Part shown: in pieces, positions 15,433 through 31,119 of the stretch
Layout: each line of letters opens with the position of its first letter
Position numbering within the stretch: the stretch's first letter is position 1
Source of the DNA: the human T2T-CHM13v2.0 reference genome, Homo sapiens
Reading direction: 5' to 3' (one strand)
NCBI RefSeq assembly: GCF_009914755.1
Contig: NC_060941.1
DNA: 64,000 bases
The notes under the pieces: model-generated
What the model was told of the DNA's origin: nothing
What the model saw: only the letters and a program-made list of their open reading frames with translations
Database searches by the model: none
Position numbers and translations under genes: made by a program

Positions 15433-17244
15433 CCAACCTGTGTAATAGGGGTCTCCTCCTCCTTGAACTGTCCCGATTGGCTGGGGTCACGTGGTGAGGG
15501 TCCTGGGTGACCAGGCCTAGCCTTGGCCACATGAGTCCACACAGTGGAAAAGGCTTGGCTCCTGTGGTCGGCACACATGAGACTCTGGTTGCGCCTGCTG
15601 GGTGTGGAACAGGCGCACCATCGCCATGCCTGCAGCTCACAAAGCTCCTGCTGGCCTGGGATGCACTGAGGATGGAAGGAACAAGTGGCTTCTGAGAAAA
15701 ACATGATGAACTGTTCTTAGTGCAATTAAAAGAAGATTCCAGATAAATGGCATTTTAAGACATGGAGGCAGGTCGATTACCCACCCAGACCCATCAGTGA
15801 CACTATGTGGCAAAGCAGTTCTTCTTTTAATGTCGGTCTAACTTAGCAACCCGAGGAAAGTGGATCACTCCACTGGCCACTGCCTCTTTCCCACTGGATC
15901 CCATCCATCACTGGGGCACTTGTGCTCACCAGACACCTGGTGGCCTGGAAAGCCCTTTTTCAGCAGCCGTTTCTGGAGCCCACCAGGGTCCAGGTGATAG
16001 AGTTTGGCAAGGAACCCCTTGCTCACATGATAGCTGGGGCAGACAATAGCAAATGAACAAGCAAGCACCATCAAGGCAGGCAACACTGAGTGCTATGAAC
16101 AAAGATAAAGTGGGCAATGGAATGGCATGTTGGGTGTTGACTCCGAGAAGGTGTTCAGAAAACCTCTCTGAAGGGGCAGCATTTGGGCAGAGGTCCAGAC
16201 TGTGTCCAATGGCAGAAAAGAGAATGCTTGTGGTCCCAGAAGTGGAGCAAGCTTTGTGAGTTTAGAGAGCAGCAAGAAGCCAGTATCCCTGGGACCGGGG
16301 AGCTGATGTGGGATTTGTGTACCCACAAACACGTTCTAGGTGCTAACCAGAAACCCTCCATGTGAGAGCAGAGACCTTGGAGATCCTGAGGGTTTCTGCT
16401 GAGCCCTGGAATCTAGTCACGCTATTTTGATAGCAGAATGGATGAGAGAATTTAAGGCCCAGGGCCAGATCTAATGGACCGCTATATAAAGCTGGGACCC
16501 TAAATAAGTCTTTTTCAAAGGAACAGCAGCAAGACTCTTATCTCAATCTATCTCCCCTGAAGTGGCCTGAATTAATACTACCTGTATGATCCCCAAAACT
16601 CCTAAAGTGGAAAATTTGATTGACTTGGCCCTGACCAGTGGTATTCCCAGACAAGGGCAGAAGATGCAAATACAAAACCTCTCTGGTAGAATGTAGGCTA
16701 TAATATGAGTACATTTTTGAAAAGGGCTAGAAATGATCAAGAAGAGATTAGAAAAAAACAGAGCCCCTAGAAATGTAAGAAGTGAAATGAAAAGCTCAAT
16801 GGATAGCTTAGACACAGCTGAAGAGAGAATTAGAAAACTGGAAGATCTGAAAACATTATCCAGAGAACTGGAAGATATAACAGCAACATCAAGAGACATT
16901 GAAGAATGTCTAACCTTTGGGTAATTGGGGTCTCAGAATGAAATGAAGTGATGCAGATATTCCATACTGACATGCAACAGTCCCCAGATACAGAAGCCTA
17001 ACAGTCTCACATTTAGACCTGCCACAGTGAAACTGCAGAACTGTAAGAAGGACAGAGTGATATAAACGACTACCAATTTCCCAGCAGCAGCACTGGAGTT
17101 GAGCAGTGAGTAGACCAAGGTCTTCATTATGCTGAGAGAAAATAGCTGTCAAGTTGCTTGAATTGTGCCCACAGCATAACATTAAAGAAGAGAACACAAT
17201 TAAGTCATTTAGATAAAAATATGCCATTCTTATCTGTTTGGTTT

Positions 17245-17430
17245 TTTAATCTTGGCTTAATATTTGGGGTTGAGTCATTTGTTTTGAGAGCTGTCCTGTT
17301 TATTGCAGGGTGTTCAGCAACATCCCAGATGGAAGCAGCATCCCCCTACCCAGCTGTGACAAAAAGAAAAAAAAATGTCTCCAGACACTGCCAAATATCT
17401 TCTGGGGGTGCCCCTGGTTGAGAACCACTG
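17245..17430 (-). mobile_element. MER20 (hAT-Charlie DNA transposon)
   Basis: aatgtctccagacactgccaaatat...ggttgagaaccactg is the reverse complement of the MER20 5' end. Confidence 0.8.
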
Positions 17431-17505
17431 CTTTAGTGGATAAACTTTAGGCAGGAGGGAAATGATCGCAGTTGGATAGTTGGAGGAATGTGGAGCAAGG
17501 GAAGC

Positions 17506-17511
17506 AATAAA
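17506..17511 (+). terminator. Candidate distal TBCD poly(A) signal AATAAA (long 3' UTR end near 17530)
   Basis: Canonical hexamer; consistent with my recollection of a ~3.4 kb annotated TBCD 3' UTR. Confidence 0.55.
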
Positions 17512-18182
17512 CTGTGACCATAAAAACATAGAAAGATGGCTTATATGTGGATTTTTTTTTAAAGCACGTAGAATTGCTTAAAATGGACAACAGCAGCATA
17601 TAAATCAGTGGCAGAGTTGGTGGCTGAATTTAGAGCATCTTAAGTCTATGTTCTCCTGGAACAGAGTGCAGATAATTCAGTTATCAGCTTGGCTAGGTGC
17701 ATGTTGAAGTATTTAGTCACACACAAACAGTTAATGTATGGGGAAGATAACTTCTATACTAGTAGGAGAGAAATGGAACAAGAATAAAAAATACACTATC
17801 AAAATATGCAAGAATGGCAAGAGGAAAAGGCAGAACAAGCTGCAAAACACACACACAATTAGAAATAAATATTTTGGGACACAATAAATGTGAATGGATT
17901 AAAACCTCTGTTAATGACAAAGTTCTCCAGTTAAAGGAAGGCAAATAGTGTTATTAGGAATAGATTACTATATGATGATTAAAGGCTCAGTTCAACAGGA
18001 AGATGATTGATAGAACTTTCCTACATTTGTAACACAGTCTTAGAAGATATTAAAGCAAACATTCAAGAAGAAATTGATCACCTACTACCATAGTGTATTT
18101 TATTGAATTGGTACATTTCAATAAAGTGTCATAAGGCACGGTTGAAGGAGAAAAACTTGACCCAATGGACAGTTACAGAACC

Positions 18183-18185
<3 letters not shown>

Positions 18186-18233
<48 letters not shown>
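18186..18233 (+). repeat. (GT)n microsatellite, ~24 units
   Basis: Direct reading. Confidence 0.97.
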
Positions 18234-18235
<2 letters not shown>

Positions 18236-18550
18236 ACAGAAATTTTAAAAATGTTTTTAAAAACATCTCTTTAAAAGAAATAATGAAAATTATAAAATAT
18301 ATAATGAAAGATAAAAGTTAATCAAAACAGATAGAATTCACCTAAAGTGGTGCTTAAGCGATTCTGAAGTCGTGAATTATACATTACAGAAGAAAGGCTG
18401 GAAATTAATGAGCTGAACATAAGCAGAGGACTAACTGTAAAGAAAATTAGAATAAGAGCAGAATGAAAAGGAAATGAAACATAATAAAGAAACAAACCCA
18501 GATGGTTCTTCGGTGAAAAGACCCACCTGGGAGCAGCTGCCATGGGTCCG

Positions 18551-18631
18551 TCAGCTGAAGTGAAGGAAGTCCTGGCCCTCCTGCAAGTGCAGTGACCTCA
18601 GGTTGTCCTCAAAGGCGCCCCCTGTGAGGTC
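18551..18631 (-). CDS. B3GNTL1: QTGAL/B3GNTL1 last coding exon (DLTGGAFEDNLRSLHLQEGQDFLHFS*)
   Basis: ctcctgacAG acceptor; TGA at 18553-18551; the exon probably continues to a CAG|GTgggt donor at 18527/18526. Confidence 0.93.
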   Translation of the reverse strand, partial: DLTGGAFEDNLRSLHLQEGQDFLHFS

Positions 18632-19589
18632 CTGTCAGGAGCAGCAGATTCAGCTCAGTCCGGTCTCCTGGCTCTAGGAGGCCACTGTGGAGCCTCCTCC
18701 AGGGCCAGGGGTTGGGGGTGGCCTGTGTCCACCTGTCAAGTGTTCTGCTCCTCTGCTAATAGCGGAGAGGCTGGAAGGAGACAAAGGCCAGAGAGGGCAG
18801 CAGCCGGCACTGCTTGTACCACAGGCCCTGTTGGTCACCAGAGGGGAGGCCCCCCCTGCCTTCTGGCCTTGCCTCTCTACATAAGGTGGCTGACTCTCCC
18901 TGGGGGCACTCGGAATGGAATGAGACTAACAGGCAATGCCTCTGCTGTTTGACCAGGGCAGACCCACCTTCCCTCCACACACCCACCCCTCTGCACAGGC
19001 CAGGAGTGGGAGGAGGCCCCTCAGACAGAAACTGCATCTCAGAACCATCAACAGCTGCCCCTGTCTGATCCCCTCTGGCCTCTGTCATCCCCACCCCTGC
19101 AATGGAGTGAGGGCTGTGACCCCGGGTCCCTGGATGCTTAATCTTGTCCTGTGTGCTGGCCTTGGCCAGGTCACCTACTCTCCTGTATGAGGCCACAGCA
19201 GGTGTCCAGAAATGCCTTTCAGACGTGCCCTGCACCCCAGCACCTCCTGAACAAGTTCCTGAAGACAGCCCGGCAGAGTGGTGGACACAAGTCTCTGGCC
19301 TCTGGCAGGACAGAGGAGGGACTATGCATTCCTGTCACAGTCCTTGGTCCTTGGGCCCAGCAGGAGGAATCGGAGCTTGGCTGCGCCCCTTACCCCCACC
19401 ACATCAGAATCCATTACACCACCTACCACTGCTGTCACTCAAATGATGCTGTCACTCAAAGCCATCCTTCCTGGAAAACATTTCCACACACTCTGCCGCT
19501 ATCTGTCCTTCCTCCCTTGTCTCTCTGCTCTAGAGTTTGCAAAGGAAACACACCTGAGTTCAGGGACCAGGCCAGCCCAGTGCGTGTTG

Positions 19590-21680
19590 ACACCGTCTTA
19601 AACAAGACTCTGTTAAAACTAGATGCTTCTGTAAAGCAACATGTTCCATTAGGAGAATGAAAAGGCAAACCACAAAATGGAGGAAGACATTTGCAAAACA
19701 TTAAACCAACAAAGTCGAGCAGCCAGAGGTGTAGGGGACTCCTACAGGTCAGGAGAGATGCAGCGTGCAGTAGGCCGGTGGGGAACCCTGATGAGAAACA
19801 CCGCCAGAGAGGAAGGAACTCCAGTGTCCAGCGGGCACGGGGGGTTGTTGGTCAGACTCACACCTGAAACCACCATGAGAACACACTCCCCAAACGGCTG
19901 GCGACCAAGTGCCCAGCCCAGTGTGAGGGAGCCGAGCAGCTGGGCCCTCTGGCTCTGGGCATGTTCCTGGGCATCATCCAGAGAAGCTGAGGATGCAGCC
20001 ACACCCACGACCTGCCTTCCACTCCCAGGATTAGACCCGAGGCAGGGATGCTCACGCAGGAGGACACAGCGTCCTTGCAAGGGCAAACCGGGAACCACTG
20101 CCCACAGGCCTGGGTCCTGGCGTGGCCTCTGGGTGGGGTGGCGTTTGCACACGGGACGTGGAGAAAGTCCACACCATGCACAGCGATACGCACGCACCCC
20201 AAACACGTGGAGTGAAAACCAGATGCGAGAACACAGACACTGGATTCTGCTCACATGAACTACAAAAATAGGATAAATTAGACTATGGTTTAGGGATGTG
20301 TTCACGCACACGCCATGAGGGTTGGCCCTGCCAGGTGCCAAATGCACGTTCACAACCAACATAGACGGCATTTCGTTCCTGGAAAAGCAGTGATGTAAAC
20401 GATGTTGGGACAATTATCCAAATAGAAAAATTGGCATCTGTAATCAAAAGAAATTCCAGTTGTATCAAAGATGTAATTAAAAACTAGAAATCCCAGAAGC
20501 AAAATGGGACAATGTTGTTTTTTAAATTTCACAACCAGGAGTGATTGTCTTAGAATGAATCAGACTCCATAAATGAAAGTCACTTAATTTGATTATATCA
20601 CAATGGCAAAAATACAAAAATATCAAATGGCAGGAAAATTTGCAGCATGTCGGAGAGTTTTCCTTATGAAAAATACTGACCAATAGAAAAATGGGCTAAT
20701 GAAAATAATAATTTACTGAAGGGGAAATAAAGCAGTTTATAAATATGTGAGAAGATGCTTTCCCTCCCTTTAAGGGCACGAGGCAGGTGCTCCATCGCTG
20801 GTGGGTTGGGTTGGCACAGCAGCTGCGGGTGGTGAACAGCCAGACTGGGATTGAATGTGTGTGCTCTTTGACCCAGAAATTTTTAGAATTTATTCCACAC
20901 AGAGCCACTTGAGCGAAATTATGTATATATACAAATACTGCAGCAGCATTTTAAACAGCAGATGATTAAAAATGGCCAAAAGGTACATCAGTAAGTAACT
21001 GTATCACAAATGCATGAAACATCCATATAATCGAAGAGCGGGTGTTTTAGTGACAAACATGAACCTTGGGTTTCTCTTTACTCTTCCAGCTAACGGTGGA
21101 GGAAGGCACAACAACAGTGCCACCGAGGTGCCCTGAGACCCGCAAGCTGCTCCCGCCAAACGGAATTGCAGGGGAGCCTGATGCGGCCTCGGTCTGACCA
21201 CCTCTCAAAAGGATGGAGCAGAACACGCAAAACCACAGGGAACCGGTCGGCAGAGTGCAGGATACACAAGCCCATTCTTCAGCTGAACTAAGAAAAGAGC
21301 GTCGGCGTCAGGGAGACAGAAAGGTCATGTCGTAAAGGTCACACGGACGCTGCCGGGTTCCAGCAAGCAAACTTAAAACATGAAGCAATTTATAAGGCAA
21401 TTAGGAAGATTTGAACATCGATGGGATATTTGGAATTCTGTGGTGGGATGGTGGTTTTATGGTCCTTTTAACAGTTTTTATCTCCTTGAGATAGGGAAAT
21501 AATAATGGATGAAATTAGGCTAGAATGAGTGCCACAACACCAGCGTGGGGATTTGGAGGTGTGGAGGACACATAAGATGGACACGCTTGCTCCAGGGATG
21601 GGTACATAGGGCTGGTTTCCTGTCACTTTGCTAATATGGCTCAAATAAGCTGGAAATTTCCCTGAATAGAAAAGTCACAG
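19590..21680 (+). mobile_element. Scattered diverged L1ME 3' fragments
   Basis: aaaaggcaaaccacaaaatggaggaagacatttgcaa, tttgacccagaaat and similar L1 3'-end motifs. Confidence 0.45.
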
Positions 21681-22199
21681 CAACAGTAGAGCCCGGGGGC
21701 TCCAGCGGCTTCACACGGAATAACCTCCAATCTACACACGTGAAAAGAGCAAGAGATGGAACAAGCATGTGCTGTGAGGCCACACTGCCAGCTGCCCCTG
21801 GAAGAACAAGCAAGAGACAGGTGACCGTGGGGGCTCTGGGCCCTCCAAGGACACAGCGTGTGCAGGACAAGGAGGAACCTCTTTTCCCATGCTCAGCCGG
21901 CTCCCTGGGAAGGGTTTTCACCAAGTGCCTTGGGGTTCATATGAGTGCCCCAAGATAGTAGTGACACCACAGGTCACCATAACACATACGATAACAGTTT
22001 GACATATTGCGAGAATTACCACAAGGAGACGTGGAATGGGCATGCTGCTGGAAGAGCGGCACTGACGGGGTTGGAGAGGGGGTCCCTGAGAAGTAGATCC
22101 TGAAGAGGCTGTTTCTGAAAAACTAAACCAGATTCGTGTAGAATTTGCATTTTATAACTGCTTCTCGGAGCCTCCCGTTTACTCACCTAAATGTCCCCG

Positions 22200-23747
22200 G
22201 TAACTTGGACAACGGTTATTCAAAGGTTTTCATTACTTTGCTCAGATCCATCAGAGCAATCACTATCTTTGGCGGCTACGGCCTTAGAAAACGTCTTTCT
22301 CCAATAAGACTGGAAAGTTGGAATGACTCCTGGACCCACGGTCTGCAGAACGGATGCTGTGTCAGCACAAAAACACGAACCCCTCGTACATCAGCCTCAG
22401 AGCTCCTGGGTGACCAGGTGCACCGTCAATGAGCAGTCGTATTTTGAAAGGAATCTCCTTTTCTGAGCACTGGGCCTAACGGTGGGCTTACACTATTCCA
22501 TCAACCGTGCTGTGCACAGATGTGCTGCCACCTGGGCCTTGCCGTTCCATTTCTAGAGCCACAGGCAGAGCAGATTTAGCCTCATTCCTAAGAATCCTAG
22601 GATTCTCAGAATGGCGACCACTGCCTTCAACTTAACCCATTTATGGCTGAGGTTGCAATTTTTCGAATTTTTGCAATCAGATCTTGGCAGTGACCTTAAG
22701 CAGAATATAAACTTGCACATGCTTAGCGTTCCAATAATGGAACACTAGGCATAGATGGGTTTTAAAGTCACGGCAAAGAGTCAGACTGTCTTTTGAAGCT
22801 CTGAAGCCAGGCATTGACTTCTCCCTACCTATGAAAGGCCTGCATGGTGTCTTCTTCCAGTTCAAGGTTGCTTCCTCTACACTGAAGATCTGTGGTTGAG
22901 TGCGGCCACCTCCATTGTGACCGTAGCATGATCTTCTGGAGAGCCTGCTGCCTCACCTCACACTCATATTACGGAGACGGCTTCTTTCCTTAAGCCTTGT
23001 GGGCCAACCTCTGCTAGCTTCAAACTTATGTTCACAGCTTCCTCACATCATTCAGCCTTCACAGAATTGAAGAGAGTTGGGACCTCGCTCTGTATTAGGC
23101 TTTGGCTTAAGGGAATGTTGTGGCTGGTTTGATCTGTCAGACCACTAACACTTTCTCCCTATCCGCACTATCATTTGTGTGTTCACTGGAGGACCACTTT
23201 TAATTTCCTTCAATAACTTTTCCTTTGCATTCACAACTTGGCTAACCGTTAGGCTGAAAGCTGGGCCTCTCCTGCCAGTCGTGGCTTTCGACATGCCTTC
23301 CTCACTAAGCTTAAACATTTCTAGCTTTTGATTTAAAGCGAGAGACGTGCGACTCTTCCTTTCACTTGAACACTTAGAGGCCACTGTGGGGTTATTAGTT
23401 AACCTAATTTCAATGTTGTGCCTCAGGGAATAGGGAGGCCTGAGGAGGGGTGGGGTGGGGGGGAGCGGGGAGGCGACAGCTGCTGTCAGAACATTCGCAT
23501 TTTATCAATCAAGTTCACTGATTCATATGGGCGCCCCGAGATAGTAGTGACACCACAGGTCACCGTAACACATACAGTAACAGTTTGACATATTGCGAGA
23601 ATTAACACGTGGAGATGGGGAGACGTGGAGACGTGGAGTGGGCGTGCTGCTGGAAGAGGGGCACTGATGGGGTTGCTCTCGTGGGGCTGCCACACGCCTG
23701 TAATTTATAAAATGCACAATGAAGTGCAATAAAATGAGATGCGCCAG
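22200..23747 (-). mobile_element. Tigger1 (TcMar-Tigger) with decayed transposase
   Basis: ORF 23384-23145 MASKCSSERKSRTSLALNQKLEMFKLSEEGMSKA... matches the Tigger1/TIGD1 N-terminus; ORF 22865-22677 WKKTPCRPFIGREKSMPGFRASKDSLTL is DDE-domain-like; terminal sequence near 23710-23747. Confidence 0.9.
22636..22759 (-). mobile_element. MER85 (non-autonomous piggyBac, PGBD3-derived MITE) nested in Tigger1
   Basis: TTAA|CCCATTTATG...CATAGATGGG|ttTTAA termini; internal palindrome GTTCCAATAATGGAAC at 22728-22743. Confidence 0.9.
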
Positions 23748-24016
23748 TAGTTGCCAGAAAGCTGTGCCCAAGAGGCTCTGCTCACGTTGTTCTGCCTGGA
23801 CTTGACTTGGATTAGTTGTGTGACAGCTCATCACAGGCCGGGCAGTGTAGACCAACACACGCTGGCCTCACGGCTTCTGCGGGGCAGGAACCGTGACCCG
23901 CCCTGGTGTGGCGTGCTTCTAGCTGTCACAGGTGCCCATGTCTGTGTGTCCCCCACAACCCCCCAACAGTACCGCTTGGGGCCTGGCTCACTCTATCAAC
24001 CACTCACCCGTGGTTA

Positions 24017-27825
<3,809 letters not shown>

Positions 27826-28342
27826 CTACTCACCTCAGCCCCCCGCAGCCAGCCTGGACTCCCCACGCTTGGGGAAAAAGGCTGCATTTGGAGCCCGAGG
27901 CACCCATCACCTGCCCACCCCAGGCAAGGGTCGTTCACACTCAGGGGCTGAGGACATCCCCGATGCAGCCACCTCAGTCCACGGGAGCTGGAGGTCCTGG
28001 CCTTGGCCCCTCAGACATGGCACCGCAGGGCCTCGTGCTTTGCAAGTTTCTAACAAATGTTGGCTTTATGGGTATTTTAAGACAGAAGAGAGACCGGAAT
28101 CCATCCCCCCCACACCCATGCAGGCCACCCTCTCCAGCTGCCTCCTGCCCCCAGGGCAGCGGCCACCACCCCACAGCCTGGTCTGTGGTGCTGTTGTGGA
28201 CGGCTGTGGCACCTGTCCCCATGCCCACCATCGGCTGGGGTCTCATCCCAGGCCACACAGTCATTGCACAGCAGGGCGGGTTGTCCAGGTGGCAGAGCCC
28301 GGGATCCCCAAGCCCTTCCACGGCCAAGGGCCCCACACTCAC

Positions 28343-28417
28343 CAGCTTCACGCAGATGACGAAGGGTGGCCGGGCGGCTCGGAAGTGCAGGATGGGGATT
28401 CGGGGCTTGGGTCTTTC
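28343..28417 (-). CDS. B3GNTL1: QTGAL/B3GNTL1 coding exon ([25 protein letters not shown])
   Basis: cactctcAG acceptor, GTgagt donor; 75 nt. Confidence 0.94.
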
Positions 28418-28828
28418 CTGAGAGTGACAGTGGCCATCAGTCCTGCCCGAGCCTGGAGCTTGTCCCCGGAGAGACGCCCTCAGGGTGCACGCAGCCACCA
28501 AGTTGGCTCACACAGGAGCCAGGGCTTGGGCAGCAGATAACGTGCCAGGGTCACAGACTGCGGCAGGTGTTCAGAGCAGGAACCCGGCTCCCGCCACCCC
28601 CGCCTGACACCCGACTGCAGAACTGACCAGGGTGGGCTACCCCAAGGCCTAGACCCACGAGGGACAGCGGGGTTCTCCCCCCAAGAATGGGGGCTGGGCT
28701 CCCTGGAGGCCCCGAGGAGCCAGCACGGCCCAGGTGGACTCTGCCAAGGGGGAAGGCTCGGAGCAGCTGTCCCTCAGCCCCGGAGCAGGTGGTTGACCCC
28801 AAGGGTGACACCATGCGGCCCTGCACAC

Positions 28829-28897
28829 CTGAGAGTCCTCGTGGCAATAGAAGCCTTTCCTGATCTTGTTCTCGTCCACGTCACAGAATGCCACCAC
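28829..28897 (-). CDS. B3GNTL1: QTGAL/B3GNTL1 coding exon ([23 protein letters not shown])
   Basis: tgtccccAG acceptor, GTgtgc donor; 69 nt. Confidence 0.94.
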
Positions 28898-29006
28898 CTG
28901 GGGACAAGCACAGAAGGGCAGCTCTGGACAGGCCGGGGCCAGGGCCTGTGCTGTGGGACAGTACGGGGGCAGGGCAGGCAGTGTTGGAGGGTGGCAGGAT
29001 GCTCAC

Positions 29007-29142
29007 CTTGCGCTGGCTGCCGGCAGTCAAGCTGCGGTACAGCCGGCGCCCCTGCTTGCCAGCGTTCCAGATGGTGAAGGCCGCCCAGCGGGGCAGGGCC
29101 TGCTCTTCCAGGAAGCGGACGCGGTGGGTCCAGATGGTCGTC
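29007..29142 (-). CDS. B3GNTL1: QTGAL/B3GNTL1 coding exon ([45 protein letters not shown])
   Basis: cttctccaccgcAG acceptor, GTgagc donor; phase 2/0, consistent with neighbours. Confidence 0.95.
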
Positions 29143-30442
29143 CTGCGGTGGAGAAGAGGGTGATAGGCAGGCCGGAGGCCCCACAGATGCACACAGATGC
29201 TGACATACAGGGACATGATGTGTGCTCAGCTCACGTTGCCAGTGGAGTGGACACCTGGCCCAATGCCTAAGAGAGACTGGCTGTCCTACAGTCAGGCCAC
29301 CTGCCCCAGCTGGACGTAGCCACATGCCTAGGTGGGGATCCACCCCTTCCATTAGACCCCAACAGGTGGGGACAGATGAGAAGCTGTCACTTAAGAATCT
29401 AGAAGGTTCTGGAAGGCAGAATTTCTGTAGGACGCAGAGGACTGGACTTGACCCAAGTCCAGTTTCCCAGAGAAACCTTTGTCCATACGGACACATGCAA
29501 CCATCCCATAAAATCCCAGCGTTCACACTTGGACACGACCTTCTGCCTCAGGGTCGCTGCCCCGAACCCTTCCACTCCCCTGGGAACCTGGTCTCTGTTC
29601 TCCCTCTGCTGTGACAAGTCGACCCCAGGCTGCTGTCCCGGGGGGAGCAGGCTCCTTCCCATGACCTGCTGCTCTGCCCAGCGCCCAGCCCCATCGCTGC
29701 CCGGGCCCTTCCCAGCCCCGCCCTCTCTCCTCCCACCGCAGCCCCTCCCCACGTGCCCCATCGCTGTCTGCCTGTGTGTGCCTCTCCCTCAACCCTGCTC
29801 CTGGAGCTGCCCGGGCTGAGCCCGTCTCAAAGCCCCAGGAGCTGGACGGGCCAGAAGCTAGAGGGGCAGGGGATGCAGAGGCCAACGGGGCCAGAACGGC
29901 GTGGGATGTGTCCCAGATGCTGTCCTCCCCAATGGCCGCGATGTAGCCACGCTGAAGCCCGGTACCCCACAGACCCTGCCCTGGCCGAGTCCTGGGATGC
30001 CCTCTGCTGTGTCAAGGGAGCTGTGTCCGTGGGAGTCTCCTCCGGGGTGGGGTCTGGGCCAGACACAACCAACACTGGCTGGTGACGGGCCTCCCCTGAG
30101 CAGGGCCCTCGTGGGTTCAGCCTCGGGATCGGGGCAGGATTTCGCTGTTCTACGATTCTGCTGCTGCCTCCGCCTCCCGGGATAAACTTGTGACTCCCCC
30201 CCAACCCTGTGGCACCCCCTGTTTGTAGCAGAACCCCCACAGGCAATGGGATGGGGGGGATGGGGGGACACGGGGTCCCCTCTGTCAGCTCAGGGAGCTG
30301 CAGGGCTTAGGCACTGTCAGGGAGGTCCTGCCTGGAGTCTACCTTTTCCTCCCCAACCCTCTGCAGCCACCTCAATAGTCCGGACCCCACCTGGGACACA
30401 GGGAGATGCTTATCCCAGTCAGTGACTTGGGGACACTGAAGC

Positions 30443-31119
30443 ATGTGTGTGTGTGTGTACACTGGGGGTGTATGGTGTGTGTGTGTGTGTACACTGGGGG
30501 TGTATGGTGTGTGTGTGTATACTGTGTGGGGGTGTATGGTGTGTGTGTGTGTGTACACTGGGGGTGTATGGTGTGTGTGTGTATACTGTGTGGGGGTGTA
30601 TGGTGTGTGTGTATACTGTGTGGGGGTGTATGTGTGTGTGTGTACACTGTGGGGGTGTATGGTGTGTGTGTATACTGTGTGGGGGTGTATGGTGTGTGTG
30701 TGTGTACACTGGGGGTGTATGGTGTGTATGTGTGGGGGTGTATGGTGTGTGTGTACACTGTGTGGGGGTGTATGTTGTGTGTGCACAGTGTGCATGTGTG
30801 GTGAGTGCATGTGTACATGAGCACGTGTACAGTGTGTGCAGGTGTTCGGAGTACATGCCTGTATGTACTGTGTGGATGTGTGTACACGCATGTGTACACG
30901 TGTGTGCAGTGAGGGCCTGTGCATGCAGTATGAGTACATGTATGCAGTGAGTGCACATGCCTGCATGTACCGTGCAGATGTGTGTACATGCAGTGTGTGT
31001 GCACGTGAGTGCGTGTGTGCAGTGAGCGTGTGCAGTGAGTACGTGTGTATACTTTCGTGCACGTATGTGTGTGCATGCTGTACATGTGCTCTGTGTGCAC
31101 GTGCAGTGTGTGTGTGTGT
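30443..31119 (+). repeat. GT-rich minisatellite/microsatellite hybrid (gtgtgtacactgggggtgtatg units grading into degenerate (TG)n)
   Basis: Direct reading. Confidence 0.95.

Larger units (their letters stand above)
13765..15691 (-). other. B3GNTL1: Probable non-coding terminal exon (3' UTR) of QTGAL/B3GNTL1; boundaries approximate
   Basis: Minus-strand acceptor tgtttttctcAG (CT at 15692-15693, with alternative AGs nearby) and minus-strand AATAAA at 15427-15432 and 13785-13790. Confidence 0.5.
16690..18520 (+). mobile_element. Old L1M ORF1/ORF2 remnants, interrupted by MER20 and (GT)n
   Basis: Translation SEMKSSMDSLDTAEERIRKLED is L1 ORF1 coiled-coil-like; A-rich + strand. Confidence 0.65.

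Noticed and set aside
23145-23384. TIGD1-like gene
   Set aside because: Short decayed Tigger1 transposase fragment, interrupted downstream by deletions and MER85
27974-28342. Extended QTGAL C-terminus by read-through of the donor at 28342
   Set aside because: Strong GTGAGT donor, low-complexity GC-rich translation and no supporting poly(A) signal seen
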